Part shown: in pieces, positions 1-12,875 of the stretch
How positions within the stretch are numbered: position 1 is the first letter of the stretch
Layout of the letters: each line of letters opens with the position of its first letter
Source: Antedon mediterranea
Taxonomy: Eukaryota; Animalia; Echinodermata
Length of the DNA: 64,000 nt
Direction of reading: 5' to 3'
Assembly: GCF_964355755.1 (NCBI RefSeq)
Contig: NC_092672.1
Span: forward strand, 30,448,437 to 30,512,436
Program-made: the position numbers and the translations under genes
Notes under the pieces: model-generated
Database searches by the model: none
What the model saw: the letters and a program-made list of their open reading frames with translations, nothing else
What the model was told of the DNA's origin: nothing

Positions 1-223
1 TGCCAAGTCTAAGACCGCGATGGACTATAGTTCTGAGACCGTCCAATCGCTGGATTGAGAAAATAGAAACGCTCAACCTGTCAACTACTATAACAGCTGC
101 TAGGTCTTCTGAAATGTTTTAATGAAATGGAAAGTATTGTTATAGCTGCGTTTTTCCGCTAATGTCAAAGTATTTAGGTTAACGAAATGTCAAACTGACC
201 ATAAATGTTCGGCAATGTATGTG

Positions 224-368
224 CTACACTATCAAACTGTATGTGACAAAAAATGCGATGTGCTCATAATATGGACATGATGGTGTCATATCACTACCAT
301 ATTTAAGCATATCAGTACCATATTTGGCCACAACACACTTTTTTCTCAAACTAATTTAGTAGTGTAGA
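224..368. mobile_element. MITE family A copy (PIF/Harbinger-like)
   Basis: ctacactatcaaact...agtgtag ends with the family core atatggacatgatgatgtcatatcactaccatattt. Confidence 0.75.
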
Positions 369-3300
369 TTGGGTTTTATCCTCTTTTGTTATAGTGACAA
401 GCTTTTAGTGAGTGTGTGACTGATTTCAATATATATGTCTCAATATAATTGTCGCCCAGAGTGTTGTTTTAAGCAGACTCGTTAATTCGTCTGTATGTCA
501 TTTGTCTCTTTTGGTTAAGCACTAATGTCTCCATTATCAGAATAAATCCCAGAGCAAATTTGTTATCAATTTGAATGGCCTTAAAACAAAAAAGAATAAC
601 AATAAAAGATTACGTAAATCTGATTCATCAACAAGATTTATCATTAATTTATGTTCGTATTATTTCAAGAGGAAAGCAACGAAAACATTGAATAGGACAG
701 AGAGAAGAAGACAGATTAAGAGAAGGCCGGAGGATTGTTGTAAAATAAATCTGTGATAGAAGTATTAAGTCGGTCAATAATAAGTACAAAACAACAATTA
801 GCTAAATTCATTCCACTTTCATTAACAACATCATCTTTGGCTGATTACAATAGATTGAGGAGAATGCCGGACTCTATCTCATATTCTAATGAACGACGAG
901 TACAGATCTTCCTCTCTATTTATGCTCATTGATGCATTACGTCATTAATAAATTACTCATGCATAACGAAGTGTAACTAGCGCCATCACATAAGGAAGAT
1001 ATGATGGTAAACAAAAAAGAAGGGGAAGAAAAGCTATGTTAGATAGATTTAAAACTAATAACATATAATTCTGAACTAGAAGAGGAGAATTATGATGAAG
1101 ACTGCTTTCATTTACCTCTGAATGGTAGATGACAAGGTATGTAAGTATCATTCAAAAAATATATACTCATCTTTTTGTCAGACCTGTCTAGTTCAGTAAA
1201 TAACAAAGCTATTATTTTGATTAGAGCGTGTATTATAAAATGCAAATGCAAGTCAGAAACTAGCAGATAATAACACCACGAAAATGATACAGCACTAAAA
1301 GTGTGTGTGTGTGTCAACATATCTAGCTGCTCTATTCAAATTGATTATTTTTGCGTATTTGCTCAATAGATTACATTACGAATGCAATAAACGAAACAGG
1401 ATCTTCGATATTACTGGCTATATCAAGCAAGTTCATTGACACTCAATATATACATTTACAGAATAACTAACAGAGGTATTCTACCGTACAAATACATTAA
1501 TGTGCACATCATCAGTTATGAAGAGTTATGAGCTACGGAAGTAGTTTGAAATATTACTTATGTTGCCATTATGCGGCTTTGATATTACCACTCTAGAATG
1601 ATGTGATGAACTCTCCTTCAGGCTTAATTCCCACTTGGAAGCAACAAGACGTGGCGCAAGTAATCTGACCAACGAATCTATTTGATTGGTCAACTCACTT
1701 GCAGTGCGCATACTTTCAAGTGGAAACCAGGCATAGAGTGAGCACTGTAAATTTTTCATGGATCAATGACCCATCATTTTCATAATTAAATATTAATATA
1801 GGATGGGAAGGAACATTTTGGCCGATCCATTATGACGAAAGTGATTACAAATACATTAAGATATGCCTACATTATGCTACCCAGTGGTAAGCTTGGTGCT
1901 TAACTTACTAGGACGCAACGCATATATAATATATAGGCGACGAATCTGCAGAATGTTATGATTTGTAAAATGTTTGCGCTGAACGTACGTACGTCCTGGT
2001 GAGCCCAAGTAGATTGCGGCCCTCTAAATGTGTGTAAATGATTTAAGAATTGTAATCTAAATTGATATATCTCCTGACTGAGCCTAATTTCTAACGCCAT
2101 CACCTTGCACTTGCCTAGCCTGCTTTCAGCTAGCATTAGACACGTGCTCAATAATTGAAGAAATCAGAATGCTTTTGAATTACCTTCAATCAATCTTTTT
2201 TTCCATTTTAGATATGTTTTTAATGAGAACTGAAGAGTATTATACACTTAAACTCACTTAACTCGGTGTAGTTATACCTATCCATTTATATTAAATGCAA
2301 TAGGTTAAATTGTCTGATAGATAGCAAGTTGTCTTTACAACGTCTTGCTTATTTCAGCGTAATAATATTAAATGTATCAGTATTGAATTATGTGTAGTTT
2401 AAATCTCCAACTCATTCTCGTCTGAACAGTTATATTTAGAAAAAAAAATTAAGCATTAGCTTACAAAATGTTATTAGTAATAAACATTTTATAAATAATA
2501 ATTCATTTAATTTGTTTGAAAAAGTCCACATTTTATAAAAATAAAAATAAATAAATTAAAAAAAATTAAAAAACAAATACATCCGTGTTTTACTATGCTT
2601 TCTATAACTGGAAGACAAATGCGTCTGATTTCCCGCAGCTTGTGATTGGTCAATAGCCTTAGTGGGAACCATATTTAACACGTTACTTTCCAACGACTAA
2701 CCGACCGACATAGTGAGCTGTAGAGTCAATAAAAATATGTGTTTATTATAATTATCACAAGAACGACCCGTTTATTGTTAATGGCAATTCAAAGCAACGT
2801 TATTCAAATGTCCCATAAGAATGTATAGAGTATGTTTTCGAACAGGATAGAGAGAAATTACTTAAACTAAGGACGATTCTACATGAAAAGCAAAACCAAG
2901 CATAAAGTCATAAACAAACAACAACAAAAAAACCACAAACTCATGCTCAAATATTCACATTACTTCATTTAATTATTTTTCTTGCATCGATGCCTAGTTA
3001 AAGTAAGTACCTTACAATATTGACGAGATTGCATATGTACGATGACAATTATGCAAATTTGGAACATTTATGATTGATCGCTGAGTCATTTAAAGTAATA
3101 GAGAAAACATTTCTAGAAATTCAACAGACGATTTACTAAATGAGTGATGTAATGTTTGCTTCTCTTATACATTACAAAATCATAATAATAGTTTGTTGCC
3201 TAGAGTTTAATTTCGCTTGCTGGAAAATGGTATTTTTTATTTAATTATGGTCAATAATAATACATCACAATTACGGGATAAAATACACAGATAAAAGAAC

Positions 3301-4530
3301 CAATGGTACAGTTACGTTCATTGTAGTCTTATAACATTATTTGTAAATGACAACAGAAGAATATACAGTACACATCTATCTTACGGTATGTTATAAAAAC
3401 ACGAAAAAAAAAAGAACATTGTGGTGGTCGTATTATAAGTTTGAATTGGTACTCTAGCTATACTTAAGAATATTATATAAATATAATTATTTTGTACAAT
3501 TCTTATTCTCACTTTGGTGATTCGTGAAGATGTTTTTTTTTTCGCATATCTCATTTTTGCTCCATCAACAGATGAATATTGCCTTTAAATTAGGTTTAAC
3601 GTATAAATTCTTTAAACGCACAGTGTAGTTGATCAAATATAAGTGTACATTTTTAAATACGCGTTTGATTTCTTCTCAAGAGTTAATTTTTTCGTTCGGT
3701 TGGTCGGTCGGTCGGTCGGCACAAACACGAATTTGAGCACGCGACTGCAGCCATGTATATGGCCTTGTTAAAATACATGTTTATTTTTTTTTGTTTCAAA
3801 CGTATTTTAGCCTGATACTGTTGCTGCTCATGGCGCCCCATAGTGGAACAAACAGAAACATTCGTATAATTATTCTTGGTCAACAGAACATGACCAATTG
3901 CCAAATAAATAAATAATGAATAAATAATAATGTTTAGTGAAAGTAACCATCTCAGCAATGAGAGTCCTAACTATATCAAAGTATATTACCTATAATTATG
4001 TACGCAGGCTGTAGTGGCCAATGGAGATAAATGCTCTCTGTGTATGTTTACTCTGTCTATACTATACCTAATAAAAACATCGCCTTGAGAGCATGACATA
4101 GATACATAACGGTTTTAAGCTTTATAAACATTTAACAATGTAGGTAGGTAATTGGCAAGTAACAATTACTTTCCCAGCATTCATTCATTTTCTTTATACA
4201 TTCATAATACAAAACAATGAAAGAATTTTAAAAATAGCCTTTTCCACAAAACCTTAAATTAACATGGATTGGCAATCACTTTTTTTTTTCATTTTGTACA
4301 ATTTAGGACTTGAGGTGTAAGCCTACGTATTGTTAAAACATGAACTTAGAGGAGAGTGAAATTATATTAATTGAATTTCATTCTTCCCCGATGAAACCAT
4401 ACTAAAATGCACGATTCTAAAAAATGGCAGTAAATTGAAATGGCTTGCATAAATTATGCATAAATCATACAGGTAATTAAGACACTTGACTACACAGAAA
4501 GTCCCGGATTAAACTCGATTCAGATGTAAT

Positions 4531-4660
4531 GCTCTGTCTACACTATCAAACTTTATGTGACAAAAAAATGTGATGTGCCCATATATGATGATGTCATATC
4601 ACTACAGTATTTGGACATATCACATTTTTTTTGTCACATAAAGTTTGATAGTGTAGACAG
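4531..4660. mobile_element. MITE family A copy
   Basis: TIRs ctgtctacactatcaaactttatgtgacaaaaaaa and ttttttgtcacataaagtttgatagtgtagacag. Confidence 0.8.
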
Positions 4661-6824
4661 GGATTAAATAAGTACTCGATTGAGGGGATGATAAGGACAG
4701 CATGGACAGGAACCCACACACCTTATCTACCACAATTAAAAAGAACTCATCTTTTAATTTAATAAAATCATTTAACATTTCTAGATGTAAGAGATTAAGT
4801 CATATTGCTTTATAATTGCTTCAATGTATCTAATAATAAAAAAGGAAAAAAAAAGTGTAATAACTAACCTTGATTATAAATTCAAATTATTAATCAAATA
4901 AACCCCTTGTGAATTTTGCCTGAATACTTCGTTGGTTATCTAACGTCGCTCGGAAAATACGTGGACCGGAGGATGATGATAGATTTAGCGGTGTTGTGTT
5001 ACACACCTTGACGATAATCACACGCATTTTGTCTCATATCATTATTCATTTTTCTAGATTGGCTGAAATGAATTCGATGACTGCAGGGACTTAACCCACA
5101 GTAGTCTTTAATATGATTTAAAGTACTGTATACATGCATATATTTAATCGTATCTGTAAATCGCTTTATGCATGACCTTATTTTCCATCCGATTCTTGTT
5201 CTCTATATCATGTCTAGCGACAATACACTCATGTAGCGGGTGAAATAAAACAATTACAAACATTAAAATTGGTCCCACTAGTACGCTATAGGACGCACAC
5301 GAAACTCAAGTTAATTGACCAATCATAAGCGACAGATCATGTAGACTTTCGCTTGTGATTAGTCAAGTTACTGGCGTTACCCGTACTGTCAGTGGATAAC
5401 TGATTCGTCCAATTACACAAATTAAAGGTCAAGAACGCGTTTTACTTGCTCCAATAATTACATAATACATTAATTATGTACTCATCTTTCATAGTTGAAA
5501 AAAAAAATAAAATAAACAAAAAATATTCATAATTAAAAGCCAGTAGTGAATTTAGACTCTTAATTGGGCAAATAACAAACTTGTCAAGAAAAATATTATT
5601 TAAGTCGCTAAATTTAATGTGTTTCATATAATTATGCATACCTCTAATTAATTGGTGTCGGGATATTTTTTTAATTTCATAGTTACTGTATCTAATGACA
5701 ATCTAAGCAAAATTAAGGTGACCTTAGCCCTGCGCGGATACAGACAATGGGAACCTAATTTTGTAATTTTACTTGATTTGGCGTTACACCCGATTTGTTC
5801 CATAAACCTGTATTTCCATTTAATGTAAATTTGTGAGGAGTGCACGCGATAGATTCGTCATGAATTATTTAATTCATAACTATAATTGGAGACAGGATTA
5901 GTAATTCTGTAATTGGAAACGGTCATTAAATTGGATATTGAATTTGGATGTTGACCAGTTTACTCATATTGCAAATTGTAAGGTGACATTTTAAACAGAC
6001 ATAACATAATAACGAACCTACTCGTCCATATTTACCTTGTATACGACCTTAACGAATTGTTTTACAATGTTACAATTTACTCTTTTTTCGTGCTTTTGAT
6101 TTGACCAATCACAAGCGATATTATTATTCGAACTGTCGCTTATTATTGGTCATTCATTCGTGCGTCTACGTGCTTACGTTGCGTCGCTAGTGGGAACCAA
6201 GCCTAAAAGGTGGGTGGATGTTCCTAAAAATTGAGGTCTCGGTAGAAGAAATATTTAAAGTAGGCCTACTCTTGTAGTTTTAGTATCTGTGCGTTTTTGT
6301 CTAGCTATTGCAGCAGATACTTCTGTTTAACATCTTGTTACTAGAAGTTAAATATGCCTACTATTTGCCATGCGCCCTTTGTCGTAACCCATTTTTGTAG
6401 TGTAGTATAGGAGTACAGTACTGTTCAAACCTTCTTAAATTAACATCCCAAGTCGGATAGATGATTTAAAATTGAAGAATTAATAATTGTTTACCTTCAT
6501 ATAAACAAATATCTCTGTTAGCAAAACGGACACACACCTACACACGTGTCACTCGCGAGGCAATAGTGAAGAATTTTAGATTTTAAAAAATTGTAACATC
6601 TTTAAAGAGTGCTTGACATTAATATTGAACTTGTTGGGTAAAATATATTGCAATTTACAAGTGATAGATGACGTCATAAAATCCAAGGCCAAAGTATATG
6701 CATTACATCTCTGGATTAAAGAGAATGGTAAGATCATCTTCATGTAAAATTGCCACGAGCATTTTAAATGACAGAACTAGACTAAATGTTCATAAATGCT
6801 ATTACCAAAATTATTTGTGTTAAT

Positions 6825-6968
6825 CTATGTCTACACTATCAAACTTTATGTGATGTGACCATATATGGACATGATGATGTCATATCACTATTTGAGCATA
6901 TCGCTAACATTATTTGGACACATTACATTTTTTTGGTCAAACTAAACTAGTTTGATAGTGCAGAGAGC
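6825..6968. mobile_element. MITE family A copy
   Basis: Same TIRs and internal core as the other copies. Confidence 0.75.
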
Positions 6969-7379
6969 GGATAAGGATAATTCGGTTGGAGTTTTCGTAG
7001 AGTTCATACTGCTTGAATCATGTTAATTGAATGTACTCTTGTTATTATCTCTTCAGTGTCCACACCAATGGAACAACAGTAAGAGACGCATTTCTACATT
7101 GCAGGGGCTTAACATTATTATATGTACAAATATACTTAATGTCACTTTCTAGGCTAATTAGCAATGATCACCAATGAACCGACTAAGTAGTAATTGGTGA
7201 ATGTAAATCCAGGGAAGAATGAAATTAATTAAGTAATTTCACTTTTCCCTTGTCGGAAAACAAAGGTGAACTACTTATAGGTAATTACTATAATTACAAA
7301 GCAGTTAATTAGATTCGTATGGTAACCATGCATATGAGAAAAGCTAAAATTAATGTTGCCTATACAAATGCGACGATAC

Positions 7380-7610
7380 GATGATGATGATGAGGATGAT
7401 GATGATGATGATGATGATAATGATGATGAAGATGGTGATAGTTATGGTGATGATGATAATGATGATGGCGATGATGAAGATGATGATGAAGATGGTGATG
7501 GTTATGGATGGCGAGTATGATGATGGCGATGATGATTGTGATAATGGTGATTAAGATGGTGGTGGTGATGATGATGAGGATGAAGCGATGACGAAGAAGT
7601 AACGATGATC
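7380..7610. repeat. Degenerate (GAT)n microsatellite
   Basis: About 230 bp of GAT/GGT/GAA triplets. Confidence 0.9.
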
Positions 7611-9203
7611 AATACTTTACGTGGGTTGATACTAAATAATATTTATTATTTAAGCACTCTAGGCGTACATAATTAAAGTTTACCAGAATTGCAAATTGGT
7701 CGAAAGCTTGCTGAAAGTAACACAAGAATGACAAAGAAGCAAACAATAACATACATGGTCACTTCAGTCATGTATTGACCGATCTATGATAAAGTAGGCC
7801 TACTATAAAGCAAGTCTCACGATTATTAAATCCAGCGTGTTTGAGTTATTTTTACCTAAAATAAACGAATGCCAACGACGCTGAAAGTCGTGTTCGAAAG
7901 TGAATATCCCAAGAAGGACAATATTTCATAATTATCCTTTTAAATTTCCCGTCATCAGCTAAAGATAATTAACAACATGAAGCCGAGTAGTAATTCCTCG
8001 ACGGCACATTAAAGTGTGTAAAAGGCGTGCTGTGAACAAGAAACACGGCTTAAGCTTGACTGCTCCATAGTCCAATAATTAATGTTGGTAATTTTGTTGG
8101 ATGGAAATTAATGTCGTTGATATGCTTTGCTAATCGCGTTAAAAGCCTCGAAGAGAGCGGTAATATGTCACTTTCAGACGCTCAATGGTTTTAGGTTTCT
8201 TTATGAAAGTGCCTTACCTTGCCAGTAAAATGTACTACTAAAACGCATTTGTTAGCCCAATATAATATATTATTAGCTGCAAGTATTACTTTAAAATTAG
8301 ACTCTGCGTAAAAATATCATCAACCTAATTACATAGTTTTTTTTTTCTCTTATACGGTGATATCATCTACCAAACGACTTGTAGAGTTATAATGATGGCA
8401 GATAATCAATTATCTATAATTACCATATAAATTTATATTTAAAACATTTTTTTTCAAAGAGACAATTAATTAAAAATGTTTACATAATTAATTATTCTAT
8501 GAATACGTTTGTTTATATGGTTATGCATTGTATTGTATGATCTGTCCTTATAGGATTATAAATTAAATGCTATTATAGAGAGGGTTTTTCTTCCCACCTA
8601 AAACAAACAATTGATTTTTTTGGGCTAAAACATAGAAATTTTAATTGAAAGGACAATCATAATTGAATAATTAATTAAAAACATACACACGAATTACTAC
8701 GTTGTTAAAACAACGTAGGAATTCCTGTTTTAATTGGTTATGTTTAGTTTTAGGATATTTTATTTATGTACTTTTCAGTATATTTATACAACTTAAATAT
8801 TATACGAAAATAAATAAATTTAATCTAAAATACAATATACATTAATAAAGAATCGGGTGGATTAAGATGAAATGTTATTAAATTCTATAAAAAGAACCAC
8901 ACTAAAGCAACTGAAACTTACAAATTCTCATTACTTTCCCGAATGACATGCACATTACGTTTATTGCATTTTAATACCATAACGAACAATAACACGTATG
9001 ATTTCAATCAAAAAGATTTATATATCACCCAAATAACAAGTGAAAACGTTTCTAATGAACGTTTACTGCTAATAGCTTCTCAAGATAGTATCAATAATGT
9101 TGCGGCAATACATTATGTATATACTAACAATACCGATGGTGAAACACTGTTTGCTGGCGATATTATTGATTTAACCTGAACCAGCTTAAAATGACATCCT
9201 TAA

Positions 9204-9372
9204 AGCTCTATCTACACTATCACACTTTTTGTAACGAACAATACTGTGATGTGCCCATATATGGACATGATGATGTCATATCACTTCTATATTTGGGCAT
9301 ATTTCCCACCATATTTAGGCACATCACGCTTTTTTTTTTTTGCCAAACTAGTATGATAGTGTGGACAGAGCT
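9204..9372. mobile_element. MITE family A copy
   Basis: taa-agctctatctacacta...tagtgtggacagagct-tta. Confidence 0.8.
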
Positions 9373-9374
9373 TT

Positions 9375-9705
9375 ACGTTCAGACGTGGTTCAAGTTACCA
9401 AGACTTTCGGAAAACACTGTATAATCAAATACCTTTTCCAATTCCCCCGGCCTTTAAAATGATAATCATCTTTTGCGTTAAACCTTGGAAGGAACCAATA
9501 CTTTTAGAAAGCGCTTGATCAAATTGCTAATATAGCCCCCGTCCCTTAAATAGATAAAGTTTTTTTTTAAACTTAGAAGTTACCCAGATTTTGGAAAGAA
9601 CTCGATCAAATTTCCTTTTCAATAAGCCCGGGGCCACTATACCGTTATTCGTTCAGACGTGTAGAAGTCACCAGGAATTTTAGAAAAACTCGATCAAATG
9701 TCCTC
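9375..9705. repeat. Degenerate ~90-100 bp tandem repeat
   Basis: Recurring aagttacca...ttt(t/c)ggaaa...gatcaaat...cccgg blocks, about 3-4 copies. Confidence 0.55.
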
Positions 9706-10089
9706 AATAATATTATCGCATGATCTTGTTCGTGCATTTATATCTCAGATGCGTTTCTGTTTAAATAAAATTTAATAATTGTGTATGGTTGATAAAAATC
9801 AAATCATTTTATTTTTAGTAACTCGAAACTATTAATGTTATCTGTTTTTGTAACAATACACTTCAGTACCGTAACATGTTTTTATCATGACAAACGATGG
9901 AACTTAATTTTACCAAAAAATGTTCTCTATATACAAAGGTTTCACTCTTAAAGTTTACTTTTGACAAAATGTATATTTAAATAACTTCAACGTATATAAC
10001 TATTTAAACAATAATACATAAATGCTATGGCCGACTCGCTCTTATTTTTGGTGGTGGAACAAGTCTTCTTGGATAAGAACAATCATTAA

Positions 10090-10665
10090 ATCATTAAAAC
10101 ATTAAATATATTTATATATCAACAGTTTGCAATAATTTTTGAACATTTTGTTTTATGGACAAATACGAAAATAATAAACTCACAAATTTAATAACTACTT
10201 TATGAAACATAGTCAACTACATAGTCAAAATACACAACAATTCAAATGAATATAAATGTTCAAATAATTTGATCAAGAACTCTATGAGATACCATGGAGC
10301 TACATTTTGGAATTCAATCCATGTGAATATTAAAACTGCATCTACTTCAAAATTTAAATTAGAATACAAGAACTATGTTCTAGATATGAAACGTACAATA
10401 TATTTTTCATAAGACTAGTTAATATCGGATAAAAAGATTAAATAAAAATTGTAGCTTTGTTTTCTTTTATATATTATCAGTTTATGTAATTATTTTTTTA
10501 TTTTTTTTATTTAATGTTTATCTTTGGGTGGGTCGAACTTAAATTCTTTCTGACTTATATGATTCCCCCCACATGACTACTTTTCATTGAATTTATACCA
10601 TTTTATTTATTAACACACATTTATGTCATTGAGTATAATCATCTATGTTATATTGTGGAAATAAA
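10090..10665 (+). mobile_element. Degenerate 3' end of CR1-group LINE (L2/Crack/Daphne-like)
   Basis: Remnant translation SMRYHGATFWNSIHVNIKTASTSKFKLEYKNY resembles the C-terminus of CR1-group ORF2, followed by a T-rich 3'UTR ending in AATAAA. Confidence 0.55.
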
Positions 10666-10675
10666 TTGGGATTGA

Positions 10676-10885
10676 AATAAACCGTAGGTCCAGTGTTCAC
10701 GTTTCTCGTGTGCACCTTAAAGAACACAGTTTATCATTCAAGACGAGTTTAGTGGTTAAACCGGTGAACTGGTTCACAAATAACCCCTATACCAGGGGAA
10801 TTACCACCTATCTGATAGGACATTGATTAATTTACTGTTGGTGCCTGAAGACACTTTGAGATCAGTGGAAACACAGCCTTAATAG
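10676..10885 (+). mobile_element. SINE body with Deu/Nin-like core
   Basis: aaaccgtaggtcc...gtgcaccttaaagaac...attcaagacgag...ccggtgaactgg. Related copies occur at ~21270-21365 (-), ~45595-45700 (-) and ~27232-27430 (+). Confidence 0.55.
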
Positions 10886-11270
10886 TCAACTACACAACAG
10901 TTAAAACATTAAAACACAATTAAATGCAAATATTCGAAGTAAGCCTATTTGTATCGACACTAAAAGTTCTTACCTCTCACTTCAAATATTATGAAAATAA
11001 ATCATAGTTCATGAATCAACTGCATCAGATAAAATCCCATGGCAATGATTACTTACAGTCGGAAGAATTTGAAAGATAGTTTAGTCTGTGACGATGTTAG
11101 TATCTATGTGCAATGTCATGTCATGTAATATATTGAACAAAAATAATCGCAAATATTGTTGTTACACAACGCATTAAGAGAGAACGTTTTGTCAGCATAC
11201 ACACAAATTGAAATTATATAGGACGCACGATGGCGCACTTGTTTAATCTCTTATTGATTGATATATTTAA

Positions 11271-12300
11271 AGATGTATTGTCCCTTTGACTAATTCCAAA
11301 AAAAAAAGATTTCGAAAAAAGTGAGTCATTTTGAAGTATCATAATAGTAATTAACTTTCACCAAAAATTTGTCCAAAAAAATCATTTAACTGAAAAACAG
11401 ACGTTTTTCTGTTTGAAAAAAAACTTTGACTTCCAGTCAAAGTTTTCGATCAAAACATATCTCATAATGCAACACGCTTGTTTTGACTACTCTGTATCTA
11501 TCTATCTATCTATCTAGGCAATTAGTTCATCCATTGTTGAATGAAGCCCTCCTCATAACATTTCCATTTCTGTCTAATTCTTGCTGTCCTAGTCCATGCA
11601 GCCGTTCCAATGTATGTTGTTAGATCATCTCTCCACCTTCTTTTTTGTCTTCCTCTTTTCCTCTTTCCTACCCTTGGTTGCCATTCTGTTAATCTGTATG
11701 TCCATCTATTATCTTGAAATCTCGCCACATGCCCAGCCCATCTCCATTTTGATTGTCTTACTTTCTCCATTATATCTGTAACACCTGTCTTTTTTCTTAT
11801 GATTGTATGATTTACCCTGTCTCGAAGCGATAAGTTCATCATCTTCCTTTCCATTGCTCTTTGAGTAGTTGTAAGTTTCTGTTCAAGTTCCTTTGTTATT
11901 GCCCATGTCTCTGAACCATATGTCATACTTGATAGCACACATTGGTTAAATAATTTCTTTCTCAGTGACATTGGTATACTCTTGTATGCATAATCATAAA
12001 ACTTGTATGCATAATCATAAAACTTCCTCGCGATATGTGGGAAAACACCGTCTCAAACGTGACGAGTTGTAAACAATCATAATTAGCATCATGCATAATG
12101 CATACTCGTTGTTTGAAATCTTTGTTTACTTTCGCTTGCGACGATTTTCCAGACGAAATGTAATCAAATTAATTTACCTGTTAATTACTTAAACTTGTTG
12201 TTTTTGGATCGAATTTTCGACTTCAAGTGAATAACTTTAATATTACTTTGATATGGCCAATTTCAATTTAGAATATTTTGACCTTATTTTTTTGTGTTTT
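11271..12300. mobile_element. Kolobok-like non-autonomous DNA transposon, interrupted by an RTE LINE; right TIR missing
   Basis: TTAA followed by agatgtattgtccctt. Highly similar to the intact copy at 26401-26947 on both sides of the LINE insertion. Confidence 0.8.
11498..11982 (-). mobile_element. 5'-truncated RTE-clade LINE (ORF C-terminus plus (TAGA)n tail)
   Basis: ORF 11522-11971 contains MTYGSETW, QRAMER, KWRWAGHVAR and KRKRGRQKRRWRDDL, typical of the RTE C-terminus. The 3'UTR is very short and ends in a tetranucleotide tail. Confidence 0.9.
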
Positions 12301-12365
12301 TAAATAAAATATGACAATTTTAAAAAGTAGGGAAATTGTTTTGGGTAATTTTTTTTTACCTTGTA

Positions 12366-12553
12366 GGTGACCGTTTGGGGCGGTGTTTGCCTCGATCTTG
12401 TATTCTGTTTACAACAACAAGACAAGAGGGCATTGTGTGGCAATGTGCAAAGGGCGATATTTTTGATTTGCCTTTTTTATTTCGTAATTTTCTGTATAAT
12501 AATAAGCATAAGCATCATTGACGCATAATTAAATTTAATTCACCAAAAATATT
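12366..12553 (+). pseudogene. Decayed tandem duplicate of NUP210 promoter and exon 1
   Basis: Collinear similarity to 12791-12963: ggtgaccgttt vs ggttaccgttt, tgtgtggcaatgtgcaaagggcg vs tgtgtggccatgtgcaaaatggcg, aaatttaattcaccaaaaata vs aaattaaatgtcccgaaaata. The main ATG is lost and indels are present. Confidence 0.65.
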
Positions 12554-12779
12554 TGAAAGCATTATTGTTAATATAAATAGCCATAACTTACGAAAGTTTG
12601 AAAAACTCCCGAAAAAATCCGTTAAAGCAGCAGCTGATATAATTAAGTACTTAAAAAATTGTTAATAAATCATTTTTAGAAAAAAAATTGATTTAGGTAG
12701 AAGAGAGGAGTAATCTCGTGTTCATATTATTATTTTTAAGAAAATGTGTGCTGTGGCAATTAAAAAAAAAAACTTGTTA

Positions 12780-12875
12780 TCTTATAAATAGGTTACCGTT
12801 TAGGGCGCTGTTTCACATGAATCTTTTGTTTACAAGATCACTGAGGGCGCTGTGTGGCCATGTGCAAAATGGCGG
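12780..12875 (+). promoter_or_regulatory. Probable NUP210 core promoter / 5'UTR
   Basis: Relatively GC-rich patch with two AGGGCGCTG motifs directly before the ATG, which lies in AAAATGGCGG (YY1/Kozak-like). The TSS is not determinable from sequence. Confidence 0.4.

Noticed and set aside
1-108. Possible exon of a neighbouring gene at the window edge
   Set aside because: One frame is open on each strand and there is a weak minus-strand acceptor, but the peptide is unrecognisable and no other exons could be linked in 1-11000.
7380-7610. Poly-Asp acidic protein exon
   Set aside because: It is a GAT microsatellite with frame breaks and stops and no convincing splice sites.
10845-10872. CTGAAGA-cact...agtg-GAAAC hammerhead-like motif
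   Set aside because: No stem I or stem III partner is present. It is better explained as the LINE-derived tail of the SINE.
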